Shown: positions 27,990-39,258 of the stretch, piece after piece
Layout: every line of letters starts with the position of its first letter
Position numbering within the stretch: the stretch's first letter is position 1
Assembly (NCBI GenBank): GCA_030704615.1
Contig: CM060733.1
Span: 76,583,551-76,647,550, forward strand
Source of the DNA: Takakia lepidozioides
Taxonomy: Eukaryota > Plantae > Bryophyta
Reading direction: 5' to 3'
DNA: 64,000 nucleotides
Made by a program: the position numbers and the translations under genes
Notes under the pieces: model-generated
Database searches by the model: none
What the model was told of the DNA's origin: nothing
What the model saw: only the letters and a program-made list of their open reading frames with translations

Positions 27990-28845
27990 TTGTGCCCTAT
28001 CTTCATGCCAATTTCTCCAATTTGGGTGTGTTATGGCTTGGTGGATTTGTAGCAAATAGGGTGATGAAGATGTGTTAGCCTTCAAAGCCATAAAGATTTT
28101 CAAGGGGTTGTGGTCTGGCCCCCAGTATAGCTGCACTTGTTGTTCAAGTTTCCAAACATTTAGCTACTTTGATGGGCTTATCTTTTTGCCAATTTCTCCA
28201 TTTGTGGTGTGCTATGGTTTGACACATTTCTAACAACTAGTGTGATCATTATATGGTGACCTTCAGAGCTTTGGAATTTCTTAAGGGGTTCTCAAGGGGT
28301 TGTGGTCTGGCCCCCAAGTAGTTCAAGTTTCCGGACTTTCAACTATTCAGATGGGCCTATCTCCTTGCCAATTGCTCCAATTGTGGTGTGCTATGGCTTG
28401 AAAAATTCTAACAACTAGTGTGATCAAGTCATGGTGGCCTCCTGAGCTCTGAATTCTCTTAAGAGGTTGTGGTCTGGCCTCCAACGAATCTGCACTTGTA
28501 GTTCAAGTTTTCGGACTTTCAACTATTCAAATGGGCCTATTTCCTTGCCAATTGCTCCAATTGTGGTGTGCTATGGCTTGGAGAATTTCTCATAACTAGT
28601 GTGATCAAAATATTATGGCCTCCAGAGATTTAAGGGGTTGTGGTCTGGCCCCCAACAGATCTGCATTTGTTGTTCAAGTTTCCGGACGTTCAGGTATTCA
28701 GATGGACCTATCTCCTTGTCAATTGCTCCAATTGTGGTGTGCTATAGCTTGAAACATTTCTAACAACTAGTGTAATCAAGTTATGGTGGCCTCATGAGCT
28801 CTGAATTTTCTTAAGGGGTTTTGGTCTGGCCCCCACCAGATGTTT
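27990..28845. repeat. ~170-190-bp tandem repeat x5
   Basis: AGGGGTTGTGGTCTGGCCCC anchors at about 28103, 28296, 28463, 28633 and 28814. Confidence 0.9.
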
Positions 28846-29889
28846 TTTATTTTTTATTTTCGTAAATATATATTACTTGTGGATCTCATTTCATTTTATG
28901 TGCATCTTTTCTTTTATGTTTTGTTTGGTTTTCAATGACCTAGTATGTAGACTTTGAGAATGAGCCATGGAGGCATTACACTGGCAGAGCCTCAGCGAAT
29001 GAATTTTCGTTCTTGCACTTAGTTGTCTCAAATCTCCAACCTGTTGTTGTTTTCGATTTGTTTTCCAGTCTCGAAGCCTCTTCTATTGTTTGCGCAGCTG
29101 AGTTGTAAGAATAAGAAGAATGATCACACTCCAAACTTTCTTCATCATCCCAATATCCACATGATCCACACTCCTCTTGGATGTGCGTACAATGTCTATT
29201 ATGTATGTAATTTTTTATTTTTTTTATTTTTTTTTATTTTTCTTTTTTTTGGTCCATTGTTTAGTTGTCTCTGTTTTCCCAAGCGTTTATGGAAAAAATA
29301 TAGAGCATAGAGCAGACGGATTCATATTCATAAGATGTGGTCCATCCACCAACAAGCATGTGTTTTTAAAATGATCATACGGAATGTTTGTAACACTCCA
29401 ACATATGCATGCAACATCAGGTAAGCACGGGAAAAAAAACAAGTAAATGTTTTAAAAAAAAAATCATGTACTCAAGATATACAATCAATATGTATTCATA
29501 ACGCGTAGTTTGTGTCAGTTCACAATATAATTCACCCGCCAAAAGTACAAGACGTCGTTTCGGCGTGGACTACACAACAGCCCCGACGACGAGATGGAAA
29601 GGGAGTGTGGTGTCCCCGGCCAGCGATGCACAGTTTTGGACGGCGACACCGTGCGTCGTTTTCCATTTTTTGAGGGTAAAACACACCAACGCCAACGCAT
29701 TTCCTTCATCCATCCCTATATATAAAACGACGTTGTTGTCACAGGCTCGGATTGTACTCGTTTTCAATGATCTAGAAGGTCTGCCCTTCCCGTTCTTCTC
29801 CTCAAGGTTGTCAGTCTAATGTCGGGCACAGATCATTACACCGCAACCCGTTCCACGTCAATTACGAAAAGCTGGTCCCTACATCGCGG

Positions 29890-30273
29890 ATGGGGGAGAC
29901 GCCGATCAAAGGTCGTCGGATCAAGACCTCTATGGATCCAACGCTCTGGGGGTCCCTTCCTGTCAAGTTGCAGGAGCCGGTGGTGGCGACCACACTCGAG
30001 GTGTTCCGAAATCGTATCGTATGCAAACGGTGGAACTCGTTCCCTTCATCAATATCGTTCTTACGCGCACGTGCCGCTGTCACGTCCGGCTCCGAATGCT
30101 TGACGACCTTGGTTATGTTGGACTCCGTGCACACCAATCGGACCGTCTCCGCTTACAATTTCAACAGCAACCGGTGGTTGCAATTGGACACCGGCGTGCC
30201 GCCCGTTTGGGGCTCAAATCCTGCTACGTCTTTTTTATATGTGGTACGATATGTGAATTTCACTTTACTGTAA
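29890..30273 (+). pseudogene. F-box protein 5' fragment
   Basis: MDPTLWGSLPVKLQEPVVA...FRNRIVCKRWNSFPSSISF fits the plant F-box consensus W..LP.....I.A.L.....R.R.VCK.WN. AYNFNSNRW is kelch-like. TATA (CCTATATATAAA) at ~29715. The reading frame ends early. Confidence 0.7.
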
Positions 30274-31200
30274 TGAGTACAATGTTATTTTTTTTTATGA
30301 AGTGGTAGTAGAAATCGATAAAGGCAGGCCAAAATGAACTAATTAATATGACCAAATTTAAATTATGTAACGCATGTTTGGCCATATCCGAGTTATATGA
30401 AACCTGTTTGACGTAGTTCTTGGGGGGGTAGCTTCAGGGCTTACAATGCTACCCACCTACACCTCATTTTTGGGCGCTTGCAAAAAGTCTATAGATTTCT
30501 TCAAAGTATATAAGATTATCTATTTAAAAAAAATAAAAAATAAAGGAAAACACCTAGGAGCTATAGCTCACAAATTATCACGGTCGGCCCACTTTTCACC
30601 CATCAATCGACCGAGAAAACAAAGAACAAAAAAATAAAAATCATCACGGTATTAATTTTTTTATTATGGATTAATATCAGAATCGTCAAAATAGGCAGCC
30701 CAAATTTTTATTATTTATGATTTTTGAATATCGAAACCGCCAGAGCAGGCGGTCCCAATGTTTATTTAACTTTTAATTTATTAAAATCAGGATCGCCAGC
30801 ACTGACGATCATCATAGTAATAATTAAAAATTATAATAAAAGATGGGATTGTCAGCTCAGACAGTCCTGATATTAATATTAAAAAAATTAAAAAATTAAC
30901 ATTATGACCATTAATTATGATGGTCTTGATATCAATAAATATTAATAATATCACCTCTGATTGATCTTGATATTAATTTTAAAAAATATATAATAATATT
31001 TAGAACCACCAACATTAGTGGTCCCAATAATAATAATAAAATAATTTAAAATTTAAGACCGCTTGCTCCAATTAATATCTGGATTAATAAATATTAATAA
31101 AATAATAATAATTTTTTGAAATCGTCAGCTTTGAGCGTCTCAATATTAATTTAGAAAATAATAAATTATAACAGAAATTGGAATTTCCAAATCTATAAAT

Positions 31201-31232
<32 letters not shown>

Positions 31233-31377
31233 CTTTGTCTGATGACTCCGATTTTAATTTTAAAAAAATGTAAAAATATTAACCACTGTGACGTCCTAAG
31301 GTCGCCTAACTGTCGTTTGGTCGTCATCATCGCCCAGTAGTCCCTCGGAGCCGGACGATCGTCCCACAACTCATTTT

Positions 31378-31743
31378 TTATAAAATAAAATGGGTTCGAT
31401 CACATAGACATGCATGAAAAATCTTATAGCCCATCCCTATGGAGTCTAAGCCTTCACGCGCCTCTTTGCGTAATCGTGACATTTTGGGTTTCAAATATGG
31501 AGTAAAGATGTGGTCCGCAATAGTTTGCATTATTGCAGACATCCCAACTTTACTTATGTCAAATCGAATTTGAAGATTGAGCAATAATAGGATGGTGGAA
31601 AGTCGACTCACTTTCGCTCCTTCATATAAGGAAGCTCTGGTCTCATTTTCCATGTCATTTGAGGAAGCCGTTTCAGGATTATCGACTGAGATTTCTTCTC
31701 CATGGGATGCATCAGTCACATAATGCATTAAAATATCATCCAA
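31378..31743 (-). pseudogene. CACTA (En/Spm) Tnp2 N-terminal fragment
   Basis: LYEGAKVSRLSTILLLLNLQ...KEAREGLDSIGMGYKIFHAC matches the Tnp2 LY.G...S.LS...LL.LK...EAKK.L..LG..Y..IHAC pattern. Confidence 0.8.
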
Positions 31744-34482
31744 AGTTTGTACATCCTCAGGGTTAATTCCATGTTCACTTTCATCCTTATCATCGTTTGG
31801 TACTTCAACGATGAAGGCGGCGTCTCGCCCACGGCTCCACCGGATGTACTTGGGTTATTTTCGGATGACGTACTGAGAGAAAAGATCGAATGGGACAAAC
31901 CAGGTCCTTATATGAACAAATGAACATATCGGCATATAATGTGTCGTGCAACGCTAGTAAGCGTTCACTGATGGAAAAAGTAAAAGTCTCCCTGTCTACA
32001 ACCTTTCTGTCAGTCAAACAAATATCTGATTTCCTGCAGTATTGGGTCTTTTTTCGTCTGACCTCGGATATATGTCATTTTTCTTTGCAACAACATCTTG
32101 CGCTCACGCTTTGTGGATGAAGCATGAGCCTAGCTCACAGGCTCACAGGGCTAGGCTTACGCCGTAGCTGCGCTGTTTGAAAAAATACACTTTTACAGAG
32201 TCATGTCCATGGAAAACACTGTCATGAATGTAGTCATAGCTACTTCTATGTTTCGGCTCAAGAATACTGTCAGTATATCCTCTGCTGCCATAACCCATTC
32301 TGAGAACATTCACTTCATTCCGTATGTTAGGAGAGCTCAATGTCACAATTGCGATATCCACCATTTCACAATATCCTCCAGAAACATATTAGCAATGTTG
32401 GATTTGGCAATCAGCTCCATGACCTTGGGCAATGTCAACTCTGAAATCCTTGCTTCCTCTCCCACCTCTTGGTCAATATAACACCACTGTCTCCAATCTG
32501 GATATGTTTGTTGAGTAAATGCTTGCAAAACTTCCGTCTCTGAAAATAAACTCATACTTGGGTGCAACAAAAGCAAAGGTAAAATCATGGGGTCATCCAA
32601 ACCCCGATTTTGTACCCTACGTTTGCTAAGAATGTTGAAGATGTCGAACACCCAAGCACTGTGCCACAACATACATTTATAAGCAAAAAATATTAGTCTT
32701 GAGGCATGGAGGTAATTCGCTTATATATTAACCCTTAAGTGTCAAACTAACCTAAAACGGGTCGGTTAGGTTTCTTGAACCGTCTAATTTTTACTGAAAT
32801 TAACTACGAATTGAGTCAAAGTTAGCTCATTATGCAAGTAAAAAGTTTTTACACACAGTAACATTGACTAATCTTTAAAATTATATATATGTAGGGCTAA
32901 CTCATCTTTTTTGGCATGTTTTTGTTGTGTCATCTTGCCTGAATTGCTTGCATAGGAATTGCGGTCAGGTTAGGGAAAGAATTTATATCCTAAGGACGGC
33001 TAGTCCCATATACATCCCAATACATGAGTAGGGTTGCATACTAACGTGATGTCAGGTTGCGTCAGGTCATGTCAGATATGACGTAAGACGTGGGCCTCTG
33101 TCACATCAGTCACGTCTACGTCACATCATCAGTTTCACATTAAAACAAGTACAAAATATAGTGGGTAAAAAACATGTCACATAAGCTAAAAGATACGAAA
33201 AAATAGTCACATGGCCTAAACAACAACCAAAAGAATGTCATGTCAACTATACAAACAATACATATATTTCAGAAGTATGATTGTCTAATTAGCTCCGACA
33301 TATGTCTTCAAAATTTAATTAAATAAAATTGGGGCCACAAGTGTTGGTGGTCACGTATAATTTTAAAATACTTAAATTGATTTGAAACTATTGGTGTAGG
33401 CGATCTCATTATCATTAAAAAACTGTTTAAATTGAGGATTGCCAGCTCTGACAGTCAAAATATCTAATAAGTCGGGACCGTCGGTTCTGAAGATCCCGAC
33501 TTACGAAAATATTTAATAAATTGGGACAACCAGCTGTGGCGGTCCCGAATTAAAAAAAACAGACGTTTAATAAAACAGACCGTCAACAGGATTGTCAGAG
33601 CTGGTGGTCATAATTTTTATTTATTTATTTATTTAGGATAAAATTGGGACCCCCAGAGCTGGTGATATATTTTCAATTAATTATTTAAAATTGAGACCGC
33701 GAGTTCTGGCCGTCCCATTTTTGTTAATGTTTTTAAGAAATTAACATAGAGACCGTCTGAGCTGGTGGTCCTAATATTTTATTTTATTTTTCATTAATTT
33801 ATTAATTAATGTACTGTCATAATTGACTATCCCAATTTTAAAAAAAATTTAAATAGAGAACTGTACCAATCATTTTAAATATTTTATTAGAATCGGAAAA
33901 AAATCGAGAAAAAACATGATCGTTACAACCAGTGTTGGGCGGTTATCAGCTTTTTGTGAGGTCCTCCAGTGCAGGTTCTTTGCCCATTGGCTCTTCCTTA
34001 TAACCTCTATATGCAGTTAAATGAACAAAATAAAAACAGTGTGATCGCATCCTTGGGGGGTTCAAATGATTTTGTTTTGTTTTGAAACTTTGCATGCGTG
34101 TTGCGCTCATATTGCAGCACATGCGAGCCAATGATGAGCTGGAACGAGAGAAACTGATTTGGCTCCTGAAGTGCAAGCCTATGGAAAGCTGTGCACATTC
34201 AATGGGTGCAACGCTCCATCTGGGTTGGTTAGAGTCTGAACATTTTCAAGTCATGCAGTCTGAATCGGGAATTTCCAGAGGAGTTCACCCGTGAAACGAT
34301 TGTTTATCATTTTGGAAAAAATTGCGTCGAAAATCTCCATGTGTATGGTAATGTGGGTGGATTTGTGATGGATGACCACATCGTCCCTGATACACCCCAT
34401 GATGCTACAATGAATTTGTTTCCTCACTTTGGGCCGTAACACTATGCTCATGAGTGGGAGTTGTTGCATGCGCGCAATATTT

Positions 34483-34924
34483 AAGGTTAGTGCTACCAGG
34501 ATCGTCAACGATCGTGGTTCCCAACACCTGCACATACAGTTGGAACTTGGTCTAAGGTTTTTAGTTTTTTAGTTTTTTTTAAATTTCCTATATATTTTTT
34601 ATTTTGAACTTAGCAGCATGAGGCCAAATCCACGATCGAGGCAAATGGACGTAAATAAGGGGGTTTTTTTTTTGGGGGCCTTAGCTGCATAAGGTTATCC
34701 ACGATCGTTAATTATCGAGGCAAATGGACGTATATAAGGTCATTTTTATTTAATTTATCTTACATATTTTCATTGCATTGATCATTAACGGTTCGTGGAT
34801 GGCTCCATGCAGCTAAGGCGGCCAAAATATTAATAATAATAAAGTAAAAAACTTAGGCCGATAAGTTACAGTATTTACAGATGCGGGGAAGTACAATTGT
34901 TGACGACCTTGATAGCACTACCTT
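34483..34924. mobile_element. Foldback/MITE-like element with long imperfect inverted arms
   Basis: AAGGTTAGTGCTACCAGGATCGTCAAC... pairs with ...GTTGACGACCTTGATAGCACTACCTT; the inner CTTAGCTGCAT/ATGCAGCTAAG pair is also inverted. Confidence 0.6.
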
Positions 34925-36089
34925 CTGGAAGCACCTTGGTAGCACTACCTTCACCTACTGTTGTGTTTTGTTCATATTTTTTTGCACTGTTACTGGAAAA
35001 ATGATGGTCTCCCTGTTATAATATACACATGTTCGTGGAAATTGGCGTCTGTCCGCAGTAATAAGTGTTAGTCTGCGGTTATGGGCTCGATAATCGTGTG
35101 CCGAAATGTGAGGCTCATAGGCTCACGGGGCCAAACTCACATTCTAGCATTCAATCTTTTCAAAGATGTCCACTGTGGGTGAGGGCAGTGGAGCAATGAC
35201 ATTAGGCCGTGAGGCTACGTTCATGTTTTGATAACGTGACGTGAGCCTATGCTCGCGGTTGTCCACGTGGCTGAATTCATGGCCCACCCCACGTCATCAA
35301 CTAATAAGGGTGTTTATTCCCATGGACACGACTCCCCTATTACTGCAAAACAAATTGGAGATTGATTAAGACATTTGTTACCATCATGTTGTATGTCTTG
35401 TCCTGCAAAACAGATCCGAAGATGAGGATGGTATATACCTATCCATATCGTGGAGGAGAAACATCTATGAAACGATAACAAGCCCAAGCCTATCATATCT
35501 CCAGCAACCCTAACCCCAATCATTTCATATTGTCTCTACTGCACCATGACAGAGAGCTCATAAGTACAATATGTAGCAGAGACAATAAGAGAGGTATGGA
35601 GTTGCTGCACACTTGTTTTTCAGCCCCTGTCAAAACCATAAAAATAAATAAAAATAAAATAGTTTTTTTTATTAATTTGTTTTTTGGGTGTGTGTGCATT
35701 TGTGTATGTGTTGCAAAATAAATGTACATCGATGACACTTGTTTTCTAGCCCTCATCAAAACTTTTATATATATATACGTGTGTGTGTGTGTGTTGTTTT
35801 CCAGCCCTCGTCAAAATCACAAAAATAAATAAATAAACAAAAAATCAGAAAGATATTGTTTTTTGATGCTGCAAAACAAGTGTGTGTTGAATTGTTTTCC
35901 AGGCCATATCAACAATAAATAAATAAATAATCTGGTTTTGATTGGGGCTGAAAAATAAATGTGCGTCAACACGCACTTGTTTTATATCAACCCCAAACCT
36001 CTCATATTGCCAAACGGACTCACGTTCCCTTACCAGATCTGATGAAAAAAACTATAGAGAGATATGTGTTGCCTGTCATTGCCCAAGCT

Positions 36090-38430
36090 GCTACTATCAC
36101 TGCCACTTTTGACTTGTGGATGAGCCGATGATCTGGGTATGACACTTTTGCTGTAGTCATCAACTTCATAGATGAAGTTTGGAATCCATGTCATATAACA
36201 GTAGGCTTGTTTGAGGCTCATAACACTTCTGGGGCAACTCTTGCCCAACAACTGAAGGCCCTCTTGGCATTACAAGTTGATTGACAAAGTGGTGGCTTAT
36301 GTGAAGATGAAGGTGCAAATCTGAATACCCTAGCTATTGCTTTGACCTCAGTGGTTTCATATCAACCACTTGCATTGTCTGTGCCATATCCTGGCAGCCG
36401 TTTCGACCATGCTATGTCGAAAGCCTGTCAAAGTATGCTTGTGATTAGGAGAAGGTGGAAGATGGAATGAATGAGGTTTCACTGAAGGATACACAAGCTG
36501 CCTTGCAAAAAACTATTACTTGGATAAAGAAGTCTGGCAAGGGTAAGTTAGAGAAGGAGAAATCATGTATTGAGGCTGGAATGCCGAAAAAGAAATAAAG
36601 GACTCCGGTGAAAACCATATTTGCTAGTAATGTGATTCTGTTTCAGGAAACATTAGAGTACGCAAATGTGATTAACGTTTTTTATACAAGGCAAATCACA
36701 GCTTTGTAAGCAAGGGTGCCCACTAGCCTCACATGGGCCATAACAAGGGCAGTCACTGAAACCCTAAATCCTGTTGTTAAGCAATGCATTATGAACCAGC
36801 TCGGAGGTTATTGGTTGCTCTTTAATGTGTTGCTCTGGGCCTAATGGGGACATTAATGAGGAAGGTTGTGGAAATGAGAGTTGTCATTGTGTCTGCCTTG
36901 CAGTGCAGAGACTTTGCTCAAGAGATAGAGATCTTCTATGCTCAAATAACATTGCAAGTGACTGAGGTATTGTGGCCATTTCTGTCATTTGCAGAAACTT
37001 TTGGTCAACTGAGAGCACATAACATGTTTGCTTGATGTTGGATCCACGCTATAAAGGATTGTTGTGTATTATGAATTATATTAGAAAGGGTGCAGCTGCA
37101 AATCTGGTGGAGTAATATGATAGTAGTTTAGTTACCGCTTTCAAACATTTGAATCCTACCCGTGCTAAACCATCTAAAGGTGCATTTAGATTCTTTGTTT
37201 GGGTTTGTGACTTCCACCGAGGAGGCAAGTGAGGGACTTCTAAAAGCTGAGTTTGTCTTTGTTTTACCGATTTCATGTCGATAATGTTGATCAGCTCGAC
37301 CCTCTAAAATGGTGGCATGAGAATGAAACCAGATTTCCAAATATTGGATTTCTGGCAAGGCACATTCTAGGGATTCCTGGATCTCAAATTGAGACTAACG
37401 TTTTTTTTTTGCGCGAAATTTCGTCACTTTTCGATCCAAAAATTGGCCTCATGAAATCTACAAATGAATTATGGGTTAAAATATGGCACTGTTTCGCATT
37501 ACTGCCCTCCCTAATGCCATCATGTCGCTGCAATGAGGACGTCGCCTGTACAACTGTCGCACACGGAAAGAGCCACATGCCATTCGGGTTCACTAGATCC
37601 ATATGATATTCTTGCCTATCGATTTCTAGAAACCCTACCACCTTGCCGCGCAAGGAGCAAAGCCTTGGGTTCAAACTCTTCCCGCTTTCGCCAAGGGGTC
37701 GAGCTATGGAGGGAACTCTCGTTTAGGTTTCGCTTACCCGCTTAGTATCCGTGTCATGCACCTCCATTTAAGCAGACTTGCACCGCCTCTTGCACGGCTT
37801 TGAGCAAAGTTGCTGATCTTGGACAAGATTAGTCGTATTTGTCAATGGATTGTATCCATGTGACAGAGTTGTGCTAGTCTGGTTGCTTTTGTTTCCATTG
37901 CTTCTTTGCCTTGTTCTGATCTCCACGAAACTTTTAAGGCGTTCCGGGTGTTTTTTTCATTTATGTTTGTTCTTGTACACTAATGTGGTTTGCTTGTGTA
38001 GGTCCCACCCCGTGCTGCAGTGGGCAGAGTCTTTGTGGTTGAGGTTCAATTCCTCCAGAGGGCATTTTCGCTCAACAACATGCTTTGCAATATGCAGTGT
38101 CGTTGTTACTTAGAAAAAATTACCTCCCTTGTCGCTCCCACAAACCGAACACTACATGAGTTGAGTTCGCATAAAATTCATCAAATATTCTTGACAATAG
38201 CCACCAGTTCGAGATCACATGCCACAGAGTCGCCAATTGATCTTCCTCATAGGCCAGCTAGGAGCCAACATGGCTCAAGTTCTTAAATGAAAAAAAAAAA
38301 ACGTTGATTGAGACCGAGAAAATTTTCTCAATGGCTGGTATATTGACAGCATTGAGACGTTATCGTCTTGGGATGGAAAAACTTGACTAATTGGTGATAA
38401 TCTATAAGAATTGGCCAAATGACGCACAAC
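36090..38430 (+). pseudogene. Degenerate hAT transposase, interrupted by a nested insertion
   Basis: VGLFEAHNTSG, DEGANLNTL and LQKTITWIKKSGKG; dimerisation domain DPLKWWHENETRFPNIGFLARHILGIPGSQIET resumes as EKIFSMAGILTALRR...KNWPND after 38307. Confidence 0.85.
37396..38306. mobile_element. Non-autonomous TIR element (911 bp) with 8-bp TSD ATTGAGAC (hAT-type)
   Basis: Ends TAACGTTTTTTTTT / AAAAAAAAACGTTG; ATTGAGAC at 37388-37395 and 38307-38314. Removing it restores IETEKIFS. Confidence 0.88.
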
Positions 38431-39258
38431 ATGACGTACACCAATCCATCGCCGTTTCTATGAGCTGGTGGGCGTTCAATGGGCCAACGGATGGTTGCCC
38501 ATCCAAATGATTTTCGTTCGCTTTGAGACTTCGCCAGTGTGTTCAATGTACCCTCTGATATGTCCCAGTGTAATACGAGATCAATCGAAATTCGTTCGAT
38601 GGGCCAATGAGGCGTTCACTTGTCATCTGGTTTTTTGTTCAATGCGAAAAAAAAATCTTGCAATGCGTGCACGGCTATTGCACCCATTGAACAGATGTGG
38701 TTGAAGCCCATATTTTGCCCCCATGTGCTGGAACATGTGTGCGACACATGTGCGGAGACACATTAGACGAATAAATAATTTGCCTCCCCATCGACGCGCT
38801 CACCCCTCAAGCCATTCCACAATTTAATTGAATTTATAAGCCAATAAATAGGTTTGCACTGTTTTTCATTGGGGATTTCTGGCACGTTGTTTCTGACTCA
38901 CACATAATCCAAATTTCTTCCTACCAAGAACCTACTGGTATAAGCAAAACCTGATACTAGTCCAATTGGTTCATGATAAACCTGAGAATTGTATGGATGT
39001 ATTTCATGAAGACTATCCATTGATAGAGATAACTTGTTGAATCAGACGTAACTTATGGAGTCACGTCGCCCCAGTTTGGAAGGTGGATGGAAGGTGGATG
39101 CTTTCTAATGGCAATAACAAAGGCAAGTCGATCGTCCCAACCCTCCCATGTAACCCAATTAATGTTTGACCCAATTATTTATTTAATGAATACTTATACT
39201 TATGAATGGATTGGTAATGAGAAAATAAACCTAAAAATAAATAAAATAAACCTCTAAA

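Noticed and set aside
32343-32672. Possible BTB-BACK fragment
   Set aside because: Only a weak resemblance (LTLPKVMELI...EDIVKWW); needs an HMM search.
34500-34513. Single GATCGT-CA-ACGATC palindrome sharing the array core
   Set aside because: An isolated short copy in a foldback arm, not conserved in the opposite arm; could be chance.
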